Source: Basidiobolus meristosporus CBS 931.73 (lineage: Eukaryota > Fungi > Basidiobolomycota). From it: a stretch of DNA of 58,372 nucleotides. The notes under the pieces were generated by a model. It was not told the origin of the DNA and did no database searches. It saw only the letters and a program-made list of their open reading frames with translations. The position numbers and the translations under genes are program-made. This document shows, piece by piece, positions 48,654 through 58,153 of this stretch (the first letter of the stretch is position 1; each line of letters starts with the position of its first letter). Location of the stretch: assembly GCA_002104905.1 (NCBI GenBank), contig MCFE01000557.1, forward strand, positions 1 through 58,372, given 5' to 3'.

Positions 48654-51228
48654 TTAGGGGAGGGAAAGTCACCAAGTTGGTGAAATCTTTATTTGAGTTA
48701 AGAACTAATCTAAGTACAAATAAAGAAGCCAATTCAGAGGTCTAGAACCTCTCTAATAAGTAATCTAATTTATGTTTTGTTTCATCTCTAATGTTTGTTT
48801 CAATAAAGTAAAGCTCATCAGGGGTAAATATAAAATTCAGGGGTTTTGGGGGAAGTACAAATTGTAGATGTTTCTGATCAATATAATCCAAGACTGGAAT
48901 CCAGCCTGGGATTAGGTGTAGTAGGAAAGGTGTGTGGACTTGTAAGTAGCTCTGCCACATAGATGTTAGATGGTCCTGAGCCAGTAGTCTTGGTTTCTCT
49001 GCTTTTTGAAGTTTTGAAGCAAGCTCTGTTACTACAGCAGAGCCAACCAGGGTGTGCCAGCAAGAAGATTTCAGGGAGGAGTTAGATTGAAGCCATTGTT
49101 TGATGGAGGGGTTATGTGATTTCTGAAGTTTGACTAGGAAGGAAGCCTGGAGATAGATCATTTGGATTTGGTATGGGTAGAACCCAAAGGCTCCATCAGT
49201 TGCATGGATATAGGGAGATACTGGAAGATAAGGTACCAAGGATCTGATACACTGATGGAGAAATTTATCCAGGTGGTGAAGTTCTCTGGAGGTTAGGGGT
49301 ATAATGTGGAGACCAAATTCAAGTACTGGCAGTACATACTGCTTCAGAAGTATAGGGATCTTTTGAATTGGAGTGTCTGGAGTGACTACTACCAGAAGCT
49401 TTTTGAGAGCCTGTTGGGCAAGACGGATCCTATTATTCAGGTGGAGCTTTGAGCCAATCCCATGTTGACAAAACAGCAGACCTAGATATATTGCAGTTTG
49501 TTGTGGCAGAATGCTAGTGTTCTGTATAGTTGTAGTGCACCCAATTGGGACTGTCTTGGAAATTGAGAGTGAGAGGTTGTTGGCAGCCAAGTACTTCTCA
49601 ATGATGGCAGTGTCTGCTATGGGATTAGGAGTAGCAATCTTGATATCATCTGCATAGAGAGTTAGTAGTGGATAGGGAGAGTCTGGTGAGGGGCCTTTTG
49701 GAAATAAAGGAAAGTTGTGTAGGAATATCACAAATAGTAAGGGACCTAGTACAGATCCTTGGACTACTCTATTTGGAACCTCATAGGTCTCTGATGTGCA
49801 ACTTGGATGCAAAATTTTGGCTGAGTTCTCACAAAATAGAGAACATGCAAGAAGGGTCATTGGTAGTGTGGTAACAGCTAATAGCTTTCTCCAAAGCAGA
49901 GCTCTGTCCACAGAGTCAAAGGCTTTAGTAATGTCAAACAGAATGGTTGGCAATGAGAATTGAAGTGAATGATCATGGCTTAGCACTACAGCCATATCCA
50001 AGGAGAATTTGGGCAAGAAGCCAAACTGAGAAGGATGGAATGGATATAGTTGAGATTGCAAGGATCTTGCTATTATAAGCTCAAAGATTTTCCTGCAGGT
50101 TGGGAGGAGTGAAACTGGCCAGTAAGAACCTGGGAGTGAGTGTTTCCCCTTCCCTTTGTATAAGGGTATTACATTTGCCTGTGACCAGGCCTTTGGGGTA
50201 GTCAATTGTTTGGCACAGATAGAGTAGAATGGGATAAGTAAGTGACTCATTTTGGAGTAGCACACCTGGAGTAGATTGTAGGTAATCAAGTCATGTCCAG
50301 GTGCAGTATTTGCAGGAAGCTTCTATAAAATTTTCTCCAGAAGCTTGGCTGAAATCAAAATTGGAGATGTTGGACTGCTGGATATGTTACCAGTATGGTA
50401 GAAAGGAGGAGTGGGATGCATGGATGAATCAAAGAATATAGGGGCCAGTTTGTCTGGTGATGGTGTACTCCTTGCTTGCAGTCTCATGGCTTTGTATACT
50501 TTTGATATGGACCTTGTGGTGGCATTCATATTTACTAAGGGCAAGGTATCCATGATATGAGCCCATAATCTAGTATACTCAGTGATCTGTAGTGACTTGG
50601 AGTAGGAGATTGCGCTTTCCAGGAGGTTCTGTGTTTTTGGGTTAGGGAAACATAGGTAGCTGGAATTTAAGGCAGAAATGATGGACTTCCATTTAAGTTG
50701 GTTTGCAGATGGCTTTTGGTAGGACTTGGTGGGCAGGGCCAGACAACCAGTGATTATGATGAAATGCTGGTAAAATAGCCATAATGCATTTATATCATCA
50801 CAAATCCATGCAGGTAAGCTGGGAAATGCATATTCTGTAAGCAAGGATAGGTAGTTGGCAAAGTTGTGTGTCTGTGATATTGAAGCTTTGGCTGGCAGGA
50901 TTGTAAATGGCTGAAGAAGGGTGCTAATTGGTAGGGTTTTTCTGGCAGAAAGGATAATATGTATTGGCTTGTGATCAGATTTCTCTAGTGAACCACAGCT
51001 GATATCCTCTGGAATGCTTGTAACCTGGTGGATGTACTGTAAGGCAGCTGGAGTAGCTGTTACCCAGTCAACACAACGTTGAGCTTGCTGAGTGTTTACA
51101 GTGACCAGATGGTTTTGTTGGAGGAACTTTGTAAAGTGCTCCTCTTGGGTTCTAAGTCTGGATGAAATAGTGGTGATATTTTCAGGGTGGGGAATATTTT
51201 TATCTCCCACTACCATACAAGGGATTGA
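48654..51228 (-). mobile_element. 5'-truncated non-LTR retrotransposon piece 1 (partial APE endonuclease + RT ORF2 with one premature TAG)
   Basis: IPCMVVGDKN, CVDWV, SDHKPI (APE C-half); LEKIL*KLPANTAPGHD (TAG 50323-50325, in frame); VIPLYKGKG..PVSLL, QFGF, FDITKAFDSV, QGSVLGPLLF, YADD; ORF ends 48742. Confidence 0.93.
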
Positions 51229-51842
51229 TAGGGGGGGAGACAGTGACCAACAGGTGAAATCTTTATTTCAGTTGAAACAAAGAAGCCAGCGCTACTGTTG
51301 TAGCTTTGATACAAGAGTATGTAGCTGAGGGGATATTGTAGGTAAGTTAATAAGAAGTGATGACAGCTCTTCAGTGCTCAAGACACTGTTCAGTGGGAAG
51401 GGGGGTAGCAAGAGAGGTAAGAATGACTTGTGAACAACATCAATGAGGGGAATGTGATAAGGATTGATATTCATCATAAAGGGAGTGTGATGCTGCAGAT
51501 ATTGCTGCCAAAGATCTGTCAAGTACTTCAGGTAGGCCAGCTTGGGTTTTTCTGACTGCAGAATATAGTGAGCAAACTTCTTGACTTCAGGATCTCCAAG
51601 TATAGTTCTCCAGCAGGAGCCAGGTGTTGTGTGGTGTGTTCTCTTCCAGGCCTTAATCAGTGGGTTGTTGCAGTTGTGAAGTCTGAGGTATAATCTGGTT
51701 CTAAGGTAGAGAAGTCTGATCTTATAGGGCATAAACCCAAAAGCACCAAGAATAGCATGTCTGTAGGGGCATTCAGGCAAATGAGGCACCAAGGAGGTAA
51801 TGCACCATACTGCAAACTTGTCAAGCTTAGTGCAGTCTCTAG

Positions 51843-52192
51843 TGTTGTAAAAATTCGTATTTTCCACCTAAATATTCACCTAACTTAGTCACTTAGATCA
51901 TCACCTTCAAATCCTAGAGAATACTGACCAAATTCCTTGTCGGGATTTACTTAGAATATTTTCACCAAAATACCAGGTACCCAGAACATGAAAATTCTCA
52001 AAGTTGTCTAAACAGCCCCAAACTTTGCACACATGTTCTTGGGACCTTCCTTAACCTATTCTACGTGTTTGTAATGCCAAGACCATGTAAAAGTATAAAT
52101 ACCACTTTTACATTCAATAAATCATTAAGTGAAAACCACATAATCTACTTGTTCTCCCAATCACTTCCAATATCTCCAAGACTCTTACAACA
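51843..52192 (+). mobile_element. Solo LTR (family A), 350 bp, inserted in piece 2
   Basis: TGTTGTAA...TTACAACA; TSD TCTAG; clearly homologous to 48118-48450. Confidence 0.92.
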
Positions 52193-52427
52193 TCTAGAAG
52201 TAAGAGAGAGAAGTGGTAAGCCAAATTCCAGGACAGGGAAGACAAACTGCTTGAGTAGAAGAAGGCAGTTGGGAGCTGAAGTTGTAGGAGGAGTAACAGC
52301 CAGTAGCTTGTGGAGTGCCTGTCTTGCCAGGATAATTCTCTTCTTCAGGTGTGCTCCAGAGTCTAGTCCAGTAGGAAGGAAAGGAAAGCCAAGATATGTA
52401 GCAGAAACCTGAGCAGGTAGAGTGGAG

Positions 52428-55400
52428 TGTTGCAATATTCTGAGGAGTATTGGAAGTGATGTGGAGAACTAGAAGATTTACATGTTATTCACTTGTAGAT
52501 TTATTGATCAAAAGTATAGTATTTATACTTTTGATAAAGTAGAGGAAACAAACGTGTAGAGTTTGTTAAGGAAGGTCCCAAGAATATGTGTGCAAAGTTT
52601 GGGGTCTTTTGGATGACTTTGAGAAAAATAATAATCTGGGTACCTGACAATTTGGTGAAAATATTCTAAGTAAATCCCGACAAGAAATCTAGTCAGGACA
52701 GAATGCTAATCACAGAATAAGATCTATGTGACTAAGTTAGCATGAATATTTAGGTGACAATTCAATAATTACAACACTCCCACTCAACAAAATATTCATG
52801 AGTAATAAATACATATTGTGAGTGTGCAATCTGTAATAAGCGTATAAGATTTAACTGTTTTGCATACTGGACTAATATATTATCCAAAGGTGTATGCATT
52901 TGTGTTCAACTTAATAGAACAAGTAACTTGGAATTCAGCATGCATATCTACTTAGTAATATGCCTAAAAATCTGAATGATCTGATCATAATACTTATCAT
53001 CAACTTTGATCAGTTGTACGGGCTTGAATAATAAGCTGAGTCTAATTGACAGATCGTAATAATAGTATATAGCCTCTGGGCTATTCAATGCTTCTTATTT
53101 GAGCAAAATTGACCCACTTTTGGTCAAGTTAAGGTTTTGTCATTTACAGCAGATCTGGAGTTTCCTTATTTCCGGCCAACAGTCTAATCCATTTAGACAA
53201 CTTCACTGTGTGTCCATATTAGGCTCAGGGACAGTTACTTCCATCATATAGATGCTATATGAGGTAAAAAATAGTGACCTACTTTGGGTCAAGTTAAGGT
53301 TTTGTCATTTACGCCTGATCCGGATTATCCTTGTTTCCTGGCACTGTGGCACATATAACATGGCCAAAAAAAGAAGGTTTTTGCTCAACTCTGAGCTGGG
53401 ATGGCCTGCTCCCACTTGAACCACGTCTGTTTAGTGATTCAGATCCACAAATATGATCTAGAATGGTCATCTTTGTCTTCTTTAAATAGCAATAACTTTC
53501 TTTGGACTGATTACTTCATATGCGGTAGATTCAAAGTCCATTTGCTTCTTGATTTACCCAGTTTGGTATTGGACAACACCATGGGTTGTTTGGTAGCTAT
53601 TCTTAGAGTGCTTCTACTGATTTGGATTGATACAGCTGCTTTTGTCTTATCAGAATATACTTGTAGAATAGAGATTGGCGCTTTTCCAGAAGTGAGATTC
53701 TCCTTAACAAGGGCTTTGATTATCCTTATTCTCCTGATAGTTATTTTCAACCTTGAGCTCGGTTTCCAAGGCTAACTGATCTTCTCAGTGTCTTCAGAAT
53801 CCATAAAAAAACCATCTGGTTGATCCTTGCACCTTTTTCTTTCAGCTCCATAGACAGCAGACATCAAGACTTCTGCACTAAATAATCTGTTCCAATATAT
53901 ACTACAATATCTAACAGATCCTGTTGAAGTTTCAAGGCTCTTCTGGGGTTTCTAGCTTGAGAACTTCGTACAAGAGGCTCCATAGAACATATTTGCATTG
54001 CCAGATAGTCCAAATATGGCCTACATAAGTTTTGGCACCATTTGGGAAGTACCCTAGTTTGCGGTAGTAGTATTTTCCATTTTTTCTTCTTTTCTTTTTC
54101 TGCTGATGACCCAGGGATAATTCCTTTTGTGGGGTGGTTCTGGACTTCCTTGCAGGTGGGACCACGGGGTTTTTGAGCACAAGAGTCTCCATGACATCAT
54201 TGTTCCATAATATCTGACTATTTGAGAGTGAAATAATCAAAATCGGCATCCACTTAGATCATTCATAACTTTTGATAGAGTTGACCAAATTTGATCAAAT
54301 AAACTGCATTTGATAGCTAGCTTCATCAATACTTCGGTATCAGACTCCAATATATCAGTATTTTGAGTTGCAGAACTTGGCGGTGACTTGATCAATCAAA
54401 ATTCTTTTGATCTGATCCAGAGAAGTTAAATATCACCAAGTGTTTTCTCCCACTGTAATAAGTGATATATATATAACAAGTATAAAGTACTGTGTTATCT
54501 TCTGAGTGGCTCTTAGCTGTGTACTGACCAACTGTTGCTTGGTTGTATACTCCAATCAGGCTTGCAATTATATGCTTCACTCCTTTGGCTGGCGGTAGAA
54601 TCTTCATGAGTTGATTTTGCTAAATTTGTATAATACTTTCTCCCACTGTTTTGAGACTTAAACAGAGTGATAGCACGTCTAACAGCTCCATATTTAGCTC
54701 CTGGTACACTGGTTTCAGTATCAAAACACTTGATACAATTATAGCATTCTTCTAATGGATTGTGTAGTACATATCCGTACTCCAGGTGGATATATATGTA
54801 TTATACATCATTGGGATCCTTACAATTCAGGAAGCTTGTTTCTGAGATCTTTTTCCATCAGTAGATAGTCCAGAATGGCGGCTAACAGCTCCAGTATTTG
54901 CATTCTCAGCTGTATTTTGAGTGGCAACAGATTTTTGGTAAAATCCTCCTCCGGCAATCATTAATAATGATCTAACTTTTTTTTTTTTTGCAATTCAGGA
55001 TAATATCCTATCCAAGAGCTCGTCTAACAGTCAATTGGGGTCATATGAATACATATTGCAGTATATTTCATTGTAGATCTGGACTCTCAATTGCTGGAAT
55101 TACGCAATTTTCTTCAGTAGTGGTAGAGCACCAACATACTATATTTCTTGACACAATTACATGCCAGTTTGATTGACTCTTCTTCATAACTAACTTGGAT
55201 AGTTACTGAAGGCATCTTTTGAAGGCAAGGCCTTCTTCTCCACAGCAATATCCTCATAACCATAGTCCTTTAGCAGCGGTAGTCTTCTTTAACCTTAGCA
55301 GAGCAATAGTGCGGAAAGTCTTTCTCCAGACTAGCAGAAAAGGATCCAAAGCATAGTAGACACCAAGAGGACAGCAAGCTCGGGGCTCATAACCTGTTGC

Positions 55401-55743
55401 AATATTCTGAGGAGTATTGGAAGTGATGTGGAGAACTAGAAGATTTACATGTTATTCACTTGTAGATTTATTGATCAAAAGTATAGTATTTATACTTTTG
55501 ATAAAGTAGAGGAAACAAACGTGTAGAGTTTGTTAAGGAAGGTCCCAAGAATATGTGTGCAAAGTTTGGGGTCTTTTGGATGACTTTGAGAAAAATAATA
55601 ATCTGGGTACCTGACAATTTGGTGAAAATATTCTAAGTAAATCCCGACAAGAAATCTAGTCAGGACAGAATGCTAATCACAGAATAAGATCTATGTGACT
55701 AAGTTAGCATGAATATTTAGGTGACAATTCAATAATTACAACA
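52428..55743 (-). mobile_element. Ty1/copia-type LTR element with two identical 349-bp LTRs and a decayed ~2.6 kb interior (non-autonomous)
   Basis: LTRs 52428-52776 and 55395-55743; TSD TGGAG; PBS GGTTATGAGCCC at 55394-55383 (complementary to the tRNA-iMet anticodon arm); PPT GAGTGGGAG at 52785-52777; no long ORF. Confidence 0.92.
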
Positions 55744-55942
55744 TGGAGTTCTCCAAGTTGATGGGAGAGCCCAAAGGTACTGTCTTTGCAATGGAAAGCT
55801 GGAGATTATTCTTCTGCAGATACTGGTGGATGGTCTGGGAGTCTTGTTGCACATTGGAGGAGGATATTCTGATGTCATCAGCAAAGAGAGTAACCAGGCT
55901 GTCAGCTGAGAGTCTTGGGAAGTCATTCAGGAAGATGGCAAC

Positions 55943-56970
55943 TTAGGGTAGGGGAGGGAAAGTCACCAAGGTAGGTGAAATCTTTATTTGAATGCAGACA
56001 AGTCTAACTCCAAATAAAGAAGCCAGCTGGGAATAGAAGATTCCCAAAGTAAACACTAAGTTGAATATGAATAAATCTAAGCTAAAGTTAAGGCAGTATC
56101 CCAGAGTACACTGGAGTTCAGGTTCATGGGGGAGTGAAGTAGATAAGCTTGAGAGATATAATAATCTTTGAGGAAGTGGGTAACAGCAGGTGAAGGGGAG
56201 TTTTTGATAAGTGAAGTGAATCTTGAGAGCAGAGATTCCTCTAATGAGAAGGTCTTGTAAACTGGAGAATCAGGAAACTCTTTAAAGGCATGGTCAGTAG
56301 GTTCCCAGTAAAACTGGTCAGAGACATTTTGAGAGAACTCTTTAGCAATACTTTTGTCAAGTACTACCTCCAGAGTGTGATTGTTGATAAATCTCATGTT
56401 AACAATCTTGGATAAATTGTAACCTTGTTGCTTGAGATACATCCTATGCTCAGATATAGGAATGAACTCCACATTGGCAAAGTAGCAGACAGCCCAGTCA
56501 GTAGCAGGAGGCAAATCAGAAGTAGCAGGAAACTTTCTTTTAGTCTTGGGAGGAGCAGCAGGATGTCTTGAGGAAGCAGGAGCAGGCTTTTTGACAGCTT
56601 CAGAGTAGGAAGAGTGAGCAGGAGCAGATGATTCTTGGGGAGTCTTGTTGACAGGAACAGCTGGCAGAGAGACAATAGATTCTTGCAGATCAGAGAAGGC
56701 AGAAAACAGCTTTTGAACTTGTTTCTTGAGTAAAGCATTTTCAGCTTCAACAAGTGCAAGCCTTTCCTCAAGGAAGGAAATCTGAAGGGAATGGAGTGAA
56801 GGCATAAGAAATAAGAAGAAGAGGGTAAGATGGGGTGGGTGGGAGGGAAAATTAGCAGGGAGAAGAGAAGGAAGGAGCAAAAATTCCAGAAGTCAGAATT
56901 TATAGATGGATGGACAAGGGTAGATGGATGGATTATTCCTGGGTTAGGAAAATTAGCAGGGAGAAGAGAA
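55943..56970 (-). mobile_element. ORF1-only terminal retroelement unit, copy 1 (1020-bp period)
   Basis: Shares the 3' terminal module with the RT pieces; preceded by TTAGGGTAGGGG; contains an intact ORF; near-identical to copy 2. Confidence 0.82.
56077..56805 (-). CDS. Putative non-LTR ORF1 (Gag-like) protein, copy 1, ~242 aa
   Basis: MPSLHSLQISFLEERLALVEAENALLKKQVQKL coiled coil; SYSEAVKK; Pro/Ala linker; alpha/beta domain CYFANVEFIPISEHRMYLKQQGYNLSKIVNMRFINNHTLEVV. ORF is real; function is inferred. Confidence 0.7.
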   Translation of the reverse strand: MPSLHSLQISFLEERLALVEAENALLKKQVQKLFSAFSDLQESIVSLPAVPVNKTPQESSAPAHSSYSEAVKKPAPASSRHPAAPPKTKRKFPATSDLPPATDWAVCYFANVEFIPISEHRMYLKQQGYNLSKIVNMRFINNHTLEVVLDKSIAKEFSQNVSDQFYWEPTDHAFKEFPDSPVYKTFSLEESLLSRFTSLIKNSPSPAVTHFLKDYYISQAYLLHSPMNLNSSVLWDTALTLA

Positions 56971-58151
56971 GGGGAGGGAAAGTCACCAAGGTAGGTGAAA
57001 TCTTTATTTGATTTCAGACAAGTCTAACTACAAATAAAGAAGCCAGCTGGGAATAGAAGATTCCCAAAGTAAACACTAAGTTGAATATGAATAAATCTAA
57101 GCTAAAGTTAAGGCAGTATCCCAGAGTACACTGGAGTTCAGGTTCATGGGGGAGTGAAGTAGATAAGCTTGAGAGATATAATAATCTTTGAGGAAGTGGG
57201 TAACAGCAGGTGAAGGGGAGTTTTTGATAAGTGAAGTGAATCTTGAGAGCAGAGATTCCTCTAAGGAGAAGGTCTTGTAAACTGGAGAATCAGGAAACTC
57301 TTTAAAGGCATCGTCAGTAGGTTCCCGGTAAAGCTGGTCAGAGACATTTTGAGAGAACTCTTTAGCAATACTTTTGTCAAGTACTACCTCCAGAGTGTGA
57401 TGGTTGATAAATCTCATGTTGACAATCTTAGATAAGTTGTAACCTTGTTGCTTGAGATACATCCTATGCTCAGATATAGGAATAAACTCCACATTGGCAA
57501 AGTAGCAGACAGCCCAGTCAGTAGCAGGAGGCAAATCAGAAGTGGCAGGAAACTTTCTTTTGGTCTTGGGAGGAGCAGCAGGATGTCTTGAGGGAGCAGG
57601 AACAGACTTTTTGACAACTTCAGAGTAGGAAGAGTGAGCAGGAGCAGATGATTCTTGGGGAGTCTTGTTGGCACGAAGGGTTGGCACAGGGACAATAGAT
57701 TCTTGCAGATCAGAGAAGGCAGAAAAGAGCTTTTGAACTTGTTTCTTGAGTAGAGCATTTTCAGCTTCAACAAGTGCAAGCCTTTCCTCAAGGAAAGAAA
57801 TCTGAAGGGAATGGAGTGAAGGCATAAGAAATAAGAAGAAGAGGGTAAGATGGGGTGGGTGGGAGGGAAAATTAGCAGGGAGAAGAGAAGGAAGGAGCAA
57901 AATCAGAAGTCAGAATTTATAGATGGATGGACAAGGGTAGATGGATGATTATCTGGGTTAGGAAAATTAGCAGGGAGAAGAGAAGGAAGGAGCAAAAATT
58001 CCAGAAGTCAGAATTTATAGATGGATGGACAAGGGTAGATGGATGGATTATTCCTGGGTTAGGAAAATTAGCAGGGAGAAGAGAAGGAAGGAGCAAAAAT
58101 TCCAGAAGTCAGAATTTATAGATGGATGGACAAGGGTAGATGGATGGATTA
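56971..58151 (-). mobile_element. ORF1-only terminal retroelement unit, copy 2, with 5' tandem repeats, capped by telomere
   Basis: Starts GGGGAGGGAAAGTCACC at 56971; ORF 57097-57825; 95-101 bp repeats up to the telomere junction. Confidence 0.82.
57097..57825 (-). CDS. Putative non-LTR ORF1 (Gag-like) protein, copy 2
   Basis: Same length as copy 1 with scattered substitutions (e.g. FYWEPTDH vs LYREPTDD). Confidence 0.7.
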   Translation of the reverse strand: MPSLHSLQISFLEERLALVEAENALLKKQVQKLFSAFSDLQESIVPVPTLRANKTPQESSAPAHSSYSEVVKKSVPAPSRHPAAPPKTKRKFPATSDLPPATDWAVCYFANVEFIPISEHRMYLKQQGYNLSKIVNMRFINHHTLEVVLDKSIAKEFSQNVSDQLYREPTDDAFKEFPDSPVYKTFSLEESLLSRFTSLIKNSPSPAVTHFLKDYYISQAYLLHSPMNLNSSVLWDTALTLA

Positions 58152-58153
58152 TT
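57866..58153. repeat. 95-101 bp purine-rich telomere-proximal tandem repeat, about 3 copies (another 1.2 copies at 56846-56970)
   Basis: GGAAAATTAGCAGGGAGAAGAGAAGG... at 57866, 57961 and 58062; each full unit ends CTGGGTTA, which with the next unit's GG reads GGGTTAGG. Confidence 0.92.

Larger units (their letters stand above)
51229..55942 (-). mobile_element. 5'-truncated non-LTR retrotransposon piece 2 (diverged RT C-half, ~1 kb net) split by two LTR insertions
   Basis: 55942-55744 AIFLNDFP..LFADDIRI..LSIAKTVP; 52427-52193 ATYLGFPF..KKRIILARQAL..VLEFGL; 51842-51292 LDKFAVWCITSLVP..GAFGF..; reading frame rejoins across TSDs TGGAG and TCTAG; homologous to piece 1. Confidence 0.9.

Noticed and set aside
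48742-51216. Penelope-like (Coprina/Athena) or telomerase RT identity for the telomeric elements
   Set aside because: The motifs (PVSLL, QFGF, DITKAFDSV, QGSVLGP, YADD) and upstream APE remnants are LINE-type; only the arrangement resembles those elements.
48654-57040. Hammerhead ribozyme in the shared 3' module
   Set aside because: No CUGANGA/GAAA core was found on the RNA strand by eye; an Infernal search would be decisive.
56394-57791. Leu-rich 125-aa overlapping ORFs in both ORF1 units
   Set aside because: They are an alternate frame of a low-complexity region, present twice only because the unit is duplicated.
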